From NCBI GenBank assembly GCA_965113315.1, contig OZ220367.1: DNA of 64,000 nt, one strand, 5' to 3'. Below the pieces are notes generated by a model, which was not told the DNA's origin, did no database searches, and saw nothing but the letters and a program-made list of their open reading frames with translations. The translations under genes were made by a program, and so were the position numbers. Position 1 is the stretch's first letter, and each line of letters begins with the position of its first letter. This stretch comes from Podarcis vaucheri (taxonomy: Eukaryota). Shown here one piece after another: positions 62,801 to 64,000 of this stretch.

Positions 62801-64000
62801 TTAGCTCTCATGCCACTATTGGGCCCCAAGTAGTTCCCTTTAATTTCTCCTATATAAGTAAATATTGGATGTTCATTGAGAAGGAGGGAAATAAAACATT
62901 AAGACTTCTAGCCAGCTTTGCAGTGCAGGCAAAACCTTTCACCCCTGACAATAATAACCTAGTGTCTACTGATAAAGAATTGTGGGTGACACTGGGTTGC
63001 AATATACAGCTGCTGCCTACGTACAAGAGAACACAGTATAATGATGAACATTCTGCAAGTAATTCATAATTTGCAAAGTGTCTATTAGGGACAGACAGAA
63101 GAAACTGTAGGAAGCTGGGATAAGTAATATTGTTATGCAGAAACATTATGCCTCTATGCAGCTACACTATGGAAAATGTGATACCCGGCAGAGGCAAGTC
63201 TTTTTGACCCTATAACGGTGTACAACTGACCATGTCTAATCAGGAGTAGGTCCTATTGAATTCAACAGGGCTGACTCTCAGGGAGTAATCTTAGGACTGC
63301 AGCCTTAGTTTCTCAGAGGAAGCAATTCCCCTCCTCTCACAATGGACTAGTCGATTAAAAGTCCACTTATGATGGCCCATAGAATTTAAAGAGAGTTGTT
63401 GAAAATGAAGCCTTTTTCTGTCCACATAGCCTTGCCCTTGGTTGTGTTTGTTGCTGATGGAAAGTGTGTGACAAAGGAGGATCCCAAAAACTTGCAAATA
63501 TGTAATGACTTGAGAACTCAGCAAACACCACAGCTGAGGTAGTTAAGAGTGCATATTAATAGGAATATGAGATTAGAAGGAAAGTGCTGTAAATGAATCA
63601 TTGTGAGTGAAATATAGGATGGTGGAAAGGTTGTTTATAAAAAGTACAGGCATCACTAATATGGCCTTCTAACCAGCAGCTGCCGAAAACCATAGATCTA
63701 CTTCTTTGACTGACTTGGGGGAGACCAGACTATGTAGAAAGGCCCTATAACACTGATTTCAAATCAGTGCCTAGTGGCAGCATTGTGCTACACATAAGCC
63801 AAATGCAAAAGGGATTAACCTTTTATCCAGACATGTACTGTGTTGCTCAAGACTTTTGTCTTGCCCATATAAAGGCTCTTAGCAATTACAATTACAATAT
63901 TTCACAGTGTCTGTGGTTAGATTCAGATATTCATTTTTGAAAGAATGTAGCAAACACAAGTTCACACATTATTTTCATATGGTGTTAATTTCTTCTGAAC

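Overview
Vertebrate (squamate, most likely lacertid lizard, judged from the Sauria SINE copies) genomic DNA with two convergent genes. On the + strand is the 3' part of SLIT1: 32 GT-AG coding exons from 231 to the stop at 32187 (4120 nt; equivalent to exons 6-37 of the human 37-exon model, numbering recalled from memory), encoding the end of LRR domain 1, LRR domains 2-4, EGF repeats, laminin-G and the C-terminal cystine knot, followed by a 3' UTR of up to about 3 kb. On the - strand is the 4.7-kb last coding exon of LCOR (the C10orf12/PALI1 exon, 49655-44966), a probable long 3' UTR down to about 37.1 kb, and 14 kb of upstream intron; the upstream LCOR exons lie beyond the window. Introns contain Sauria SINEs, tRNA-head SINEs, hAT and Tc1/mariner non-autonomous elements, L2/CR1 fragments and microsatellites. 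The most interesting unexplained signals are three candidate cassette exons in the LCOR intron (15 nt and 36 nt, both frame-preserving for PALI1, and a 213-nt exon with stops in all frames), changes in the EED-activating methyl-lysine motifs of PALI1, an atypical donor before the SLIT1 24-nt microexon, and a composite hAT element inserted at the same 8-bp target as a second hAT element. All novelty claims are inferences from sequence and need RNA-seq or alignment checks.
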